Source: Pseudobdellovibrionaceae bacterium
GTDB lineage: Bacteria; Bdellovibrionota; Bdellovibrionia; Bdellovibrionales; UBA1609
Direction of reading: 5' to 3'
Assembly: GCA_030591685.1 (NCBI GenBank)
Contig: JAUVAX010000018.1
Coordinates: 1 to 43,223, forward strand
Length of the DNA: 43,223 nt
How positions within the stretch are numbered: position 1 is the stretch's first letter; each line of letters begins with the position of its first letter. The position numbers were made by a program, and so were the translations under genes. The notes beneath the pieces were generated by a model. The model searched no databases. It saw nothing but the letters and a program-made list of their open reading frames with translations, and was not told where the DNA came from. This document shows positions 1 to 9,758 of this stretch, piece by piece.

Positions 1-27
1 AAGAGTAGTAAGAGTAGTAAGAGTAGT
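1..27. repeat. 9-bp tandem repeat (AAGAGTAGT)x3, truncated by window start
   Basis: Read directly from the sequence. Confidence 0.85.
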
Positions 28-156
28 TTCTCTTTTTGAATGTCTTTAAAGGCAAGTCAAAGTGACGCTTATTTTTATATTTTTTTATATAAAAATATCT
101 ATTTTATTTTTCACTTAATATTATAAAAAACAAATCCTAAAAAAAACATCTAGACT

Positions 157-183
157 CCTGAAATTTTAAAAAAATGCCGATTG
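157..183 (+). promoter_or_regulatory. Putative sigma28 (FliA) promoter of flagellin
   Basis: -10-like GCCGATTG at 176-183 upstream of flagellin; the -35 element is a poor match. Confidence 0.5.
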
Positions 184-243
184 GTGTTATAGAAGAAGTA
201 CAAACTTCTTTATAAATTAACCCATGTACAGAATGTACATTAA

Positions 244-293
244 GCCAAATGGATGGCACTGCATCAAGGAGGATGAAGTTATGCAAGGAGGAT
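244..293 (+). promoter_or_regulatory. CsrA-type binding sites in the flagellin 5' leader
   Basis: Hairpins GCCA-AATGGA-TGGC (244-257) and CATC-AAGGAG-GATG (262-275) carry GGA in their loops, and a third AAGGA overlaps the Shine-Dalgarno. Confidence 0.6.
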
Positions 294-297
294 AAAT

Positions 298-1131
298 ATG
301 GCGCTAAGGATAGCTACCAATGTGGCATCATTGAATGCCCAAAAAAACTTAACGCGTACAAAACAACAGCTCGATAAATCTCTAGCCCGATTAAGTTCAG
401 GTTACCGAATTAATCAGGCTGCTGATGATGCTGCCGGACTGGCTATAAGTGAAAACTTAAAAGCACAGATTCGGGGGTTAAAACAAGCTAGCAGAAACTC
501 AAACGACGGGGTCTCAATGATTCAAGTTGCAGAGGGTGGATTAAACGAAATCAGTAGTATTTCGATTCGTTTAAGAGAGTTAGCTGTACAATCCGCATCA
601 GACACCATTGGGGACACAGAGCGAAAGTTTTTAGACGTTGAATATCAGCAGTTAAAATCTGAAATTCAACGTATTGCGGAGTCTACAACTTTTAACGGGC
701 GAGATCTGTTAAACGGAACAGGTGGCATTGTTGACATCCAAGTGGGTGTACATAATGACGCTTTTAAAGATCGAATCTCGTTTAATGCTTCGGCATCAAA
801 CTCATCACTTGAAGCTCTTGGGCTAACAGCAGAATCTGTAGCTACAAAAGAGCAGGCACAGATGAGCATTGATATTGCAGACACAGCAATGGTTTCGGTA
901 AATGCAATGAGGGCTAATTTTGGAGCACTACAAAATAGGTTGAATTCTACGATTTCAAACCTAGGTATCGCTCACGAAAACCTATCAGCGGCTAACTCAC
1001 GAGTGAGAGATGCTGATATTGCCAGCGAAACAGCTGAGCTAACTAGAAACAACATCTTAATACAAGCTGGTGTTTCAGTGTTAGGCCAAGCCAATGCTAG
1101 CCAACAGCTCGCATTAAAATTACTCGGATAA
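298..1131 (+). CDS. fliC: Flagellin (277 aa)
   Basis: Conserved flagellin termini (MALRIATNVASLNAQ..LSSGYRINQAADDAAGLAIS and SRVRDADIASETAEL..LKLLG); strong RBS. Confidence 0.97.
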   Translation: MALRIATNVASLNAQKNLTRTKQQLDKSLARLSSGYRINQAADDAAGLAISENLKAQIRGLKQASRNSNDGVSMIQVAEGGLNEISSISIRLRELAVQSASDTIGDTERKFLDVEYQQLKSEIQRIAESTTFNGRDLLNGTGGIVDIQVGVHNDAFKDRISFNASASNSSLEALGLTAESVATKEQAQMSIDIADTAMVSVNAMRANFGALQNRLNSTISNLGIAHENLSAANSRVRDADIASETAELTRNNILIQAGVSVLGQANASQQLALKLLG

Positions 1132-1134
1132 GTA

Positions 1135-1164
1135 GATATGGTGGAGGATAACCTCCACCATATC
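1135..1164 (+). other. 13-bp perfect stem-loop after flagellin, with no U-tract
   Basis: GATATGGTGGAGG-ATAA-CCTCCACCATATC. Confidence 0.8.
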
Positions 1165-1194
1165 CTCAATAAATATTTTTTAGGAGGTCACAAA

Positions 1195-1290
1195 ATGAAA
1201 GTTTTAGCTAACGAATGGTCCATGAGTCTATTTTGCTTTGCAATAATAACTACCGGACTTTGGATTTTTATAAATACAACCGTTATATAA
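1195..1290 (+). CDS. Small hydrophobic peptide, 31 aa (MKVLANEWSMSLFCFAIITTGLWIFINTTVI), absent from the ORF track
   Basis: AGGAGG RBS 7 nt before the ATG, one TM-length hydrophobic stretch, and a terminator follows. Confidence 0.65.
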   Translation: MKVLANEWSMSLFCFAIITTGLWIFINTTVI

Positions 1291-1313
1291 ATAATAAATT
1301 GTAATCCCATCTA

Positions 1314-1347
1314 GGCCCACATTATTTTTTAAAAATGTGGGCTTTTT
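1314..1347 (+). terminator. Intrinsic terminator after the small ORF
   Basis: GCCCACATT...AATGTGGGC followed by TTTTT. Confidence 0.7.
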
Positions 1348-1414
1348 ATTAAAAAAGTACTACCTCTAAATAGTCATAAATGCTACAAATCCTCTTTTAT
1401 CACAGGAGTACTAA

Positions 1415-2260
1415 ATGCCCTTTGTATACGACACTATTTTTTTAAACCAAAAGTATATACCTAAAGAAAATGCTCAAATCAGCTTTTTAGACCGTGGTTT
1501 TTTATTCGCTGATGGCATTTACGAAGTCATTGCCATAAAAAATGGGGATTTATTTTTACTCGATCAGCACCTCGAGCGATTAAAAACAAATCTCAATGAG
1601 TTAAAAATTAATCTACCAGCAAGCCTTCAACTAAAAGACGTTTGCTCTCAACTTATAAGTAAAAATAATATTAAAAATGATGCCATTTTATATTTACAAA
1701 TAACTCGTGGCGCGGGCCACTCAAGAAGCCATGTGTTTGACGACTCCACCCCCCCGACTGTTATTGGGTTTATTCAATCAGCAAAACTACCCACCATTAA
1801 CGACCTTAAGGTCGGGTTTCACGCCACCTTAGAGGCTGACGTACGCTGGGGTCGTTGTAATATTAAATCCATCTCACTATTGCCTAATATTTTAGTTAAA
1901 ACCACCGCTCACAAAAGTGGGGCCATTGAGTGCCTACTACACCGAGGTAAAATTATTACCGAAGGGTCTGCGAGTAATGTTTTTATTGTTAAAAATAATG
2001 AGGTCTTCACCCCACCACAAAGTGATTTTATTTTGCCTGGCATAACAAGGGACTATTTAATAAAGGGTTTAAAGCGCGAAGGCATCCCCATTAAAGAAAC
2101 CCCTATTACTGTTGATGACCTAAAGTCTGCAGACGAAGTCTGGATCACCAGCACTACCCGCGACGTCACCCCCATTACAAGCATTAATGAACATAAAATT
2201 GGCTTCGGCACCCCCGGACCCCTATGGGAGAGGGCCATCAAGCTTTTTATAAAAAACTAA
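1415..2260 (+). CDS. dat: D-amino-acid aminotransferase (PLP class IV)
   Basis: Motifs DRGFLFADGIYEV, RWGRCNIKSISLLPN, ITEGSASNVF and ILPGITR. Confidence 0.85.
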   Translation: MPFVYDTIFLNQKYIPKENAQISFLDRGFLFADGIYEVIAIKNGDLFLLDQHLERLKTNLNELKINLPASLQLKDVCSQLISKNNIKNDAILYLQITRGAGHSRSHVFDDSTPPTVIGFIQSAKLPTINDLKVGFHATLEADVRWGRCNIKSISLLPNILVKTTAHKSGAIECLLHRGKIITEGSASNVFIVKNNEVFTPPQSDFILPGITRDYLIKGLKREGIPIKETPITVDDLKSADEVWITSTTRDVTPITSINEHKIGFGTPGPLWERAIKLFIKN

Positions 2261-2351
2261 AAAACAGGCGCGAATTTGTCTAATAATGTGACACCGGTTA
2301 AGTTAATACTCACTTTGAGACACGTAAGTGACTTAAAGTACATATGCTCCG

Positions 2352-2369
2352 CTGGCATTACCTGTGCAT
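2352..2369 (+). promoter_or_regulatory. Putative sigma54 promoter
   Basis: TGGCATTACCTGTGCA has the correct GG-N10-GC spacing, about 35 nt before the start codon. Confidence 0.55.
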
Positions 2370-2402
2370 ATTTAATTATTTAGAATTAAACATGGAGGGG
2401 AT

Positions 2403-3641
2403 ATGAAATATATAGCTATTCTAGCTACGTGCACTCTTTTTTTAGTGCCGTTTCAAAACTGCTCAGATATTGGATTTACAGGTGTTTCCGGCAAAGTCGA
2501 ACCAGCTTCTAACGATGCAGGAACAACCAGCTCTTCCAATGATGATGACGGCACTAATGTTTTAACTCAACAGACTCAGGGGCCTCCAGCATCCTGCAAA
2601 ATTACAACTAGTGAAGTTCTTAACCTTGTAGTCTCACAAAATAATATTAAACAATTTTCACTGAGATTTAACAACCCTTGCTCTGTACAAAAGTCAGTGA
2701 CTTTTAGTAATGTCCAACAAATTTCCGGGTCGGCAGGAAGTATTCGATTCTCCAGCGGTAATACATTGTTTACAAATATGGTTGGAGACGTTGTATATGT
2801 AGGAAACACTTTTGATATGGAGCCCGGCGACTCTATGTTATTTAATTTTTCTATGGATGGGTACTCATCTGAGGGGTACAGGGAAATGCTCTTAAATAAC
2901 GGCTCAGAGGCACAAAGCACAACACTTACAATTAACGTCCAAGAGAGTACCATAGATAACGGTGGCGAAACCCCAAATGTAATCGCATGTACGGCGCCAA
3001 ATGCATCCTCAGCAACACAAAACTACAGTAGTAGTTCGGGTTCTTATGGTGACTGTATTATACGAGTATGTGACATGGGCTATATGAGAAGATATGTAAA
3101 TTCAACCTATATATGTCAACCAATCCCAACTCAGTGCCTTCTTGAGGCAAGTTATATTTGGACTGGAAACCATAGTTCTAAGTCTTGTACCAAAAATTTC
3201 ACATCATCAGAAAGAAACTTACCCATTGGTAGCCTTAGAGAGATGATCGACAACTCTGTAACAACATCTAAAGCTGTAGACTTTAATGGAAGCAAATATT
3301 TTAAACACTGTTATGGGGCGCAAAGACAGTCTAATGACGATAACAACGGAGAACCTTACGTATACCCAATGATTGGTGTAGGGATTGGTGACCACCCTGA
3401 GCACCCAGAATATGCAAATAGTTATAGCCTTCCAAGTAATGGAGTATGTGAGCAAATCAGTGGCCCTGACTGCTCAGCTGTAGACATATTTTCAAGTGAA
3501 GCTGGCGGCAGCTTTCAATTTTACTCAGGCGAATTTGGAGCTATACAAACCGCTGTCATTAATGGCTACAGTAGGACCCAAATTTGTGGCGGGACATTCA
3601 GCGGCAGTAGCGTTTCAAGCTACTGGGGCGACATAGACTAA
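2403..3641 (+). CDS. Cys/Ser/Gly-rich surface lipoprotein, unknown function
   Basis: Signal peptide ending in FQNC; many cysteines; GGAGGGG RBS. Confidence 0.8.
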   Translation: MKYIAILATCTLFLVPFQNCSDIGFTGVSGKVEPASNDAGTTSSSNDDDGTNVLTQQTQGPPASCKITTSEVLNLVVSQNNIKQFSLRFNNPCSVQKSVTFSNVQQISGSAGSIRFSSGNTLFTNMVGDVVYVGNTFDMEPGDSMLFNFSMDGYSSEGYREMLLNNGSEAQSTTLTINVQESTIDNGGETPNVIACTAPNASSATQNYSSSSGSYGDCIIRVCDMGYMRRYVNSTYICQPIPTQCLLEASYIWTGNHSSKSCTKNFTSSERNLPIGSLREMIDNSVTTSKAVDFNGSKYFKHCYGAQRQSNDDNNGEPYVYPMIGVGIGDHPEHPEYANSYSLPSNGVCEQISGPDCSAVDIFSSEAGGSFQFYSGEFGAIQTAVINGYSRTQICGGTFSGSSVSSYWGDID

Positions 3642-3815
3642 AAAAAAAAGGGGGCCCGGCACTCTGTTTTATTAACCTCTCATGAATACGGCAGGACACA
3701 ATAAAAAAGAGTGGCCTGTCGTAGCCTTAAATTGTCATCAGGTATGTAAAAAAAACTAAATTTCAAACCTTAAAAGCCTATAAGCTCATTTATTTACAGC
3801 TCAAATGAAAATACA

Positions 3816-3832
3816 TTGGCCTAAATATTGCC
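3816..3832 (+). promoter_or_regulatory. Putative sigma54 promoter
   Basis: TTGGCCTAAATATTGCC has GG-N10-GC spacing with TTGC at -12. Confidence 0.6.
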
Positions 3833-3868
3833 CTACTAACAGGTAGTTAAACCTATAACGAGGTCAAT

Positions 3869-5587
3869 ATGAGCTGTAAAAAATATTTTTTGTTATACCC
3901 TCTTTTAATCGCTTCTGGCTTGATGTCAGCCTGCTCCCCCATTGGCGATACCGCTGGCATGAATCAAGGTGAACTCGGCGCTAAATGCACCCCCTTTAAT
4001 GGCCCACAAGAAGAGAACAAACTTAATAATGACTTTAAACTGCGTAGAGAAGTGTTAACAAACCTTAGCTTGGTTGAGAAAACACAAGAAAATGAAGATA
4101 GACCTTTTGTTACAACCCTTACAGATGAACTTAAAACTGAGCAAATCATTTTAGACATCAGTAAAAGCTCATCACCTAGCCTCTTTGAAAAAAGCACTTT
4201 AAAAATTAATGGCAAAACAATCACCCTCAACGACACCGAAGAGTATACCATTAAGTCGACAGCATGTGACTCCCAAGTACTTACGGCCTCTATTAATAAT
4301 GAAGATTTTGGTAACGGAGTATTAAAGTTAACCTACAAAAAATTAAACCCTCAGACCCTTCAAATGACTCGATCTGAAGTATTTAGTTCGTTTACCAAAT
4401 CTGAAACAACTATAAAAAGGTGGGCTAACTCGGTAACTAACATGCCCAAAAGAGAAACCATCAATGCCGACATTATAAGTTTTTTACTTGAAAAAAATAA
4501 AGTTCACAGCCTTGATGCCGCCATTACAGAGCCCATTAATGCCGCTGTTGAGCAGGCTAAACTCGATGCACAGGCAATGACAAAGGCCACCAACTCTTAC
4601 CACGCCCCCATGGCGAGCTTAACTGTTAATTTATTAAAAATTCTGATGAGCAATGTAAATTCAGAGGTTCAATTTATAACCGAAATCAATACACCAGATG
4701 AAATTAACACCAGCGACCTAAGTGACCCCGAGGCCCTACGAGAAGATACCGAGCTTTCTGAAAACTCTCAAAACGACCAAAATCAAACCGACGCCGATGG
4801 CCCTCAAAACAGTCAAAGTGATATCGCCCCCAGTGATGACCTTAATGAAAACCCTCAGGACGAACAGGTTAAAAAACCCGCCGATGCCTCTCAAAATGAC
4901 CCCGCAAAAGAGCTTACAGTTGAGAGCAATATTAAATCAGAAGAGGCTGATAAAGGTAATGACGAACAAGGCCCTGAAAGCACCACTGAAGGCGATGCCC
5001 CTCAAAAAATGATATTTTACTTTGACCCTCAGTCAGATGCAGACATTAACTCTGAGTCCCCCTTTAAACTCACCCAAACTGATGACTTAGCCCCAGAGGA
5101 GGAGAAAGAACAAACCCTACCTGAAGCCTCTAAAAGTGAAACCGCCGAAGGCGACAACACCTCGATAAAACAAGACGACGATAGCAAAAATGAAGATGAG
5201 CTTAACAGTAAGCCTGCTGAAAACACAACAAGTGCTGAAGTCTACATAGACTCCATAAAAGAGAATTTTGATTACAGCAAAGATTGGATTGCAAAAAACT
5301 GGTTTGGAGTTAAAGAAAAGTCCACTGTTCAAGAAGAAGACAGTCAAACTACGATTGTCGACGATAGTAAAACTACAACTCAGGTCGATGACATTAATTA
5401 CACCACTGATAAAGCCTCAACTGATCACTGGTTAGGCTACGGTAAAGACTATATCAAGTACCTTAAAGAAACTTCTGTAGAGCAAGGGGCAAAAGATGTA
5501 AGTGATTACTACGGCAGTATGTTTCAGTCTCTTAAAGAGTATGCTTCTGAAAAATCAGAGGGGTTTATTTCTTCACCTGAATTATAG
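3869..5587 (+). CDS. Lipoprotein with a long acidic low-complexity region
   Basis: Lipobox-like LMSAC; D/E/Q/S-rich central and C-terminal segment. Confidence 0.8.
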   Translation: MSCKKYFLLYPLLIASGLMSACSPIGDTAGMNQGELGAKCTPFNGPQEENKLNNDFKLRREVLTNLSLVEKTQENEDRPFVTTLTDELKTEQIILDISKSSSPSLFEKSTLKINGKTITLNDTEEYTIKSTACDSQVLTASINNEDFGNGVLKLTYKKLNPQTLQMTRSEVFSSFTKSETTIKRWANSVTNMPKRETINADIISFLLEKNKVHSLDAAITEPINAAVEQAKLDAQAMTKATNSYHAPMASLTVNLLKILMSNVNSEVQFITEINTPDEINTSDLSDPEALREDTELSENSQNDQNQTDADGPQNSQSDIAPSDDLNENPQDEQVKKPADASQNDPAKELTVESNIKSEEADKGNDEQGPESTTEGDAPQKMIFYFDPQSDADINSESPFKLTQTDDLAPEEEKEQTLPEASKSETAEGDNTSIKQDDDSKNEDELNSKPAENTTSAEVYIDSIKENFDYSKDWIAKNWFGVKEKSTVQEEDSQTTIVDDSKTTTQVDDINYTTDKASTDHWLGYGKDYIKYLKETSVEQGAKDVSDYYGSMFQSLKEYASEKSEGFISSPEL

Positions 5588-5789
5588 GTTTACTGTTTAA
5601 ATCAAGCACAGTAGGGGTATGAAAAAATACCCCTCTCCACACAACCTTGAAATTATAATAAATACAGAGCTTTACCTTAAAATTTGAGTTCTAGAAGTAG
5701 ATCATATGCGTTATGTCTTTGTTTTATTGATCCCCTCGCCTAACAAAACTATATACAGACTTAACTATAAAGCAACAAGGGGCCACAAG

Positions 5790-7232
5790 TTGAAACCATT
5801 TATATTATTATTCACTGTACTCATATTTTTAAACACAAACTCTATTGCGGCCACACAACCCTTTGCTAAGGGTGAGTATGGAGCTTTAAAATGGGAAGCA
5901 CTATTTACCCACCTCTCTGTACCGAGTCAGCCCTCAGAGCCTGTCTGCAGCTACCCTAATCACTCAAATGCATGGTGTAAGAGAAGTAATAAAGCAGAGG
6001 CTTCAAAAAAAGCCGGTATTGATGAGCGATTAAAAGAACTTGTTTTTAACCCCTACTATAAGTCTATTAGCATGGCTTATTTTTCGTTTTCAAATTCAAA
6101 ATTAATAAATGATGTTTTATGTAAGGCCGCTCAACAAAGAAAGGGAGACCTTAAAATCAACCTATTTATTGATAGCAGAGAGTATGTTGAAACCACAACA
6201 ATCATTGATGAAAAAACCGTTAAAGTGCGTCACCTAAAGCCTGGCTCTAACGTGGACCGCTTAAATAAATGCTCCGAGCACATTACTGTTGTTGGTCGCG
6301 GCAAGGGGCCCTTTGGCTCCTCAGGCGCTCACTTGTTACATATAAAGGTTATTTTAGCCAGTCCACTTAAAGTCAATAAACCTCTTCACATGTTAAGCGA
6401 CGCCTCAAACTCTGACCTTTTTACAGAGGGCTCTCAACCGCGTGTGTTTTTCACCTCTTCAAGCGCTAACATGTCGGGCTCAGGCACAAGCCTTCATTTT
6501 GAAAACTGGCTCATGTTTGACGACCAAATCGGCAGCCACCTGGCCCAGTCTCAGTTTTGTTTATTTTTTGGCCTTCAAAATGCCACTGGCAAAAAACCTC
6601 GAATTTCTTTTGCTAAAAATTATAAATCTTGCGTACAAAAAATTAAGGCGACTCCACAAATGGGACTACAATTTTTTGCAGTCCCTCATGTTAATAAAAT
6701 CCCTAAGCCGTACCCGGCCCTTAGATCACTCCTAGAGTCTGCACATTCAGAGGTTCTTGTGGCCATTCATAGGCTCACGACCGGTAAAATGACTCTCCCG
6801 CTTTTAGTCGCTGCAAACAACGGGGCCCAAGTTAAAATTATTTATGACGACGACACCCTTTGGGCTGGTAAATATGGGGGGCCTAAGATTGTACGGGCCT
6901 CGCACCCTGACGTTAAACAGCATCGAGCCCTTAGAGCCTCTGAAAATGTTGAGACCCTCTACATGGAAACCAACAATAACATTGGCCAACTTCACCACAA
7001 TAAATTTATTGTTATCGACAACCATACCCTTTTTCAAGGTGCCGGTAATTTTACGGCCACAGCCCTAAATGCAGGGGTTAAGGGTAACTATGAGCAGTTT
7101 TACATCATAACAGTACCCGAAATAGTCAACGCCTACAGGCAGGCTTGGAGGCGTTTGAGTGAGTTTGCCCTCACTTACAAAGAGCACCCTGGCTCTCAGC
7201 TTAAGGACCGCTACAAGTTTAAAAGGCCTTAA
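5790..7232 (+). CDS. Secreted phospholipase D-superfamily protein (nuclease or lipase); start probably TTG 5790
   Basis: HNKFIVID..GAGNFT motif plus a degenerate HIKVILAS..SSANMS motif; signal peptide after AAGGGG-TTG. Confidence 0.8.
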   Translation: MKPFILLFTVLIFLNTNSIAATQPFAKGEYGALKWEALFTHLSVPSQPSEPVCSYPNHSNAWCKRSNKAEASKKAGIDERLKELVFNPYYKSISMAYFSFSNSKLINDVLCKAAQQRKGDLKINLFIDSREYVETTTIIDEKTVKVRHLKPGSNVDRLNKCSEHITVVGRGKGPFGSSGAHLLHIKVILASPLKVNKPLHMLSDASNSDLFTEGSQPRVFFTSSSANMSGSGTSLHFENWLMFDDQIGSHLAQSQFCLFFGLQNATGKKPRISFAKNYKSCVQKIKATPQMGLQFFAVPHVNKIPKPYPALRSLLESAHSEVLVAIHRLTTGKMTLPLLVAANNGAQVKIIYDDDTLWAGKYGGPKIVRASHPDVKQHRALRASENVETLYMETNNNIGQLHHNKFIVIDNHTLFQGAGNFTATALNAGVKGNYEQFYIITVPEIVNAYRQAWRRLSEFALTYKEHPGSQLKDRYKFKRP

Positions 7233-7584
7233 TAGGCCCTCTACAGCTCAAACCTCATTTACTTAAGTATCTAGCCGTAATTATACTAAAAAGAGCTAGA
7301 GCGCCGCTCCCTGGCTCTTCTGAGCAAAAATACTTACTCTTATATAAACTCCGCACACCGGTATTAGCCACGTAAATCATAATAAGCATATATCACACAA
7401 AAAGTTACAAGGGCTTACACTTGACCAATGAAGCACCTGACGATTAACAGCAGGGCTTTGAAAAAAAAACATACAAATCTCACCGTAATACACACATGGC
7501 ACTTCTGTCGGTTGGCATATACTTTGTAATATTAGACTGCAATTAAACACAATTTATATTATTAACGATGAAAGGTTTTTTGTA

Positions 7585-8997
7585 ATGCGCGCTCAGAATA
7601 AACTGGCAACTCTGGTATTATTAGTATCATTTTTTGGCTCAATATCTTATGCCAAGATTATTGATATTAATTATGTATTTAATAATACTAAAATTTCTAA
7701 TATCAAAAAAGCAGAGATTTTGGTTTCAGCCGGGGAGCAATTGCTCGTACCTGCTGGCATTACATATGCTGATAGTTTGTTTAACACAGCTCTTTTAAAA
7801 GACCCCGGAAATATAAAGGCAAATTTCTACCGACGAATGTTGGCCCCCATTATGGTTTTCAAGGGTTACCATAGAAGAGTCAAAAACTTAACGTATTCTA
7901 AGGGTAGCAAACGTGACATTGAATCCTACAATAGCGCCTTAGAGGGCATGCCTAGTGAAGGTGGGTTTAAAGATTTTCTAAATGGCGAAAGCTGGCAAAA
8001 ACCCTTTAAAAACGTATCTGACATACAAAAACTAATGGATGATGCTGTTCGTAAATTTGATTTATTACGTTTATTTTTAAAGAAAACTTCAATAAAGCAA
8101 GCTACTATACCGATTGTTCATTTTTTAAATATTCATGAAGGGGAGAGTAATAAATCTTTTAACGATGTCGCAAAGCTTTGTAATGTTACCCAACTAAATA
8201 TTGGTAAATTTGAGATCGCCCCTTGTAAGTATATTTCGGTCGAGAAAAAAGTAGTTGATAACACAGATTTACAAGGCCTTAAGGGGATTACTGCCGGAAT
8301 GGAGATTCTATTTGCCATTTCATCCTCTTATAATTTAAATGGAGCACTTGATGTCGCCTCTGAAAATAGCAAAAGAGAAGACCAGCAGAAAGAAAAACTT
8401 ACAGATAAGGAACTTTTTAAAATCCTAAGAAATAATAAAAAATTCGGTAAACTCAGAAACCGCTCACATTTAGCGGTAGTACCTGACTTAGCTGGTGATA
8501 TTTATGCCGCTGTTAAATGGTACCGCAAATTAGACTCTAAATTATGTAAAAGAGACCACCGTGTTTACTACGGCAGTAATAAAGAATATTCTTGGACTGA
8601 TGATGTCAGTGTTGAACGCCCCAATAATCTACTTGATGGTGTTTGCGCGTCACCAAGAGATGAAAATGAGTGGCTTGACGTCTCTAAAAAAGTCGAGCTC
8701 GCCCTAAGTGGTTCATTTTTTATTTCAGAAGTTAAGCGCATTGACTATAGCCCAAAGAGTACTGTTGGCATGGTAAGAAAAAAGACTTATAAATTTAATG
8801 TCTTAGCTCCATTCTTTAACCCAGTAAACGATATTTCGGTGTTACTACCCTCTAAATTTGATAAGTGCGGAGATGCTGATAACATTGGTGATGACCCTAC
8901 ACTTTTAGGCATTTTCCCTGACGGTGATGCTCAAGACTATTCTGATTTTGAGAATAATAGTTATTATGATCAGCCAAAATCAACATCGTGCAAATAG
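7585..8997 (+). CDS. Secreted hypothetical protein (470 aa)
   Basis: Signal peptide ending SISYA; long ORF; scattered Cys. Confidence 0.8.
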   Translation: MRAQNKLATLVLLVSFFGSISYAKIIDINYVFNNTKISNIKKAEILVSAGEQLLVPAGITYADSLFNTALLKDPGNIKANFYRRMLAPIMVFKGYHRRVKNLTYSKGSKRDIESYNSALEGMPSEGGFKDFLNGESWQKPFKNVSDIQKLMDDAVRKFDLLRLFLKKTSIKQATIPIVHFLNIHEGESNKSFNDVAKLCNVTQLNIGKFEIAPCKYISVEKKVVDNTDLQGLKGITAGMEILFAISSSYNLNGALDVASENSKREDQQKEKLTDKELFKILRNNKKFGKLRNRSHLAVVPDLAGDIYAAVKWYRKLDSKLCKRDHRVYYGSNKEYSWTDDVSVERPNNLLDGVCASPRDENEWLDVSKKVELALSGSFFISEVKRIDYSPKSTVGMVRKKTYKFNVLAPFFNPVNDISVLLPSKFDKCGDADNIGDDPTLLGIFPDGDAQDYSDFENNSYYDQPKSTSCK

Positions 8998-9008
8998 GCT
9001 CTTAAGTC

Positions 9009-9392
9009 ATGAGCCGCGAGAACAATATATACGATCATGCGAAGAAGGTGCTATTTGTCGCCTTCTTTGCCTTCTCAATAAGTGCTTACTCTAAGGCCAC
9101 TGAAAATGTTTATAATTTTAAATTAAAAACCTGCAACAGTAAATCTTGTTATTTGCTAAAAACAAGTAAGGCTTCACGAGGTTTTTTAGATTCAATTTAT
9201 GTGTTAAATCGCTTACAGCTTTTGATTAAAAATAATAAAACTAAAAAAGTACAAACTGTTAATGCCAGCTCAGGGATTTATGACCCTGAATTAGACATGG
9301 TCCACATGCAGGCCCCTACCGACTGGAGCCCTGCTCAGCCCAGTGAGCTCATTGTTCACTTAAAAACTGGGGTTATTGAAGAGTTTAAATAA
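9009..9392 (+). CDS. Secreted hypothetical protein (127 aa)
   Basis: Hydrophobic N-terminus; begins 11 bp after the upstream gene. Confidence 0.7.
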   Translation: MSRENNIYDHAKKVLFVAFFAFSISAYSKATENVYNFKLKTCNSKSCYLLKTSKASRGFLDSIYVLNRLQLLIKNNKTKKVQTVNASSGIYDPELDMVHMQAPTDWSPAQPSELIVHLKTGVIEEFK

Positions 9393-9610
9393 TACTTTGC
9401 TTACCCTTTCATGTAATCCATAACGGAAACAAGGCTTAGTATTGAGGCTATGACATAGCCTACGATGCTGATGATAGGCATGTCCCCAGGCACTTTTGAA
9501 AGTGCTACAACAAGTGAGCTGCTTAAAATTAAGCTCCCAATAACAAGGCCTAAAAACAACAAATCTGACGAAGGGTTGAGGCTTCGCCTTAAGTCTTTGA
9601 TTTATTTTAT
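9357..9610. repeat. Diverged direct repeat, copy 1 (partner 10812-11064)
   Basis: Manual alignment covers the last 36 bp of the 127-aa gene, an 8-bp spacer and about 210 bp of the ubiB 3' end. Confidence 0.95.
9401..9601 (-). pseudogene. Orphan 3' fragment (66 codons plus stop) of the UbiB/ABC1 kinase gene
   Basis: IKDLRRSLNPSSDLLFLGLVIGSLILSSSLVVALSKVPGDMPIISIVGYVIASILSLVSVMDYMKG differs at 9/66 aa from the intact gene; preceded by an in-frame stop. Confidence 0.92.
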
Positions 9611-9758
9611 TAGGTGCCGACGACTCTGAATTATTGAATTAAAGTAACAATTTATGTAATTTTGACACTCTATATAGTGGAGAACAAAAATACCTCAACT
9701 TCAAATCCAAATTTTGGTATGGACTTTAAAAGTTTAATATAAATATAGGGTCCAAGAC

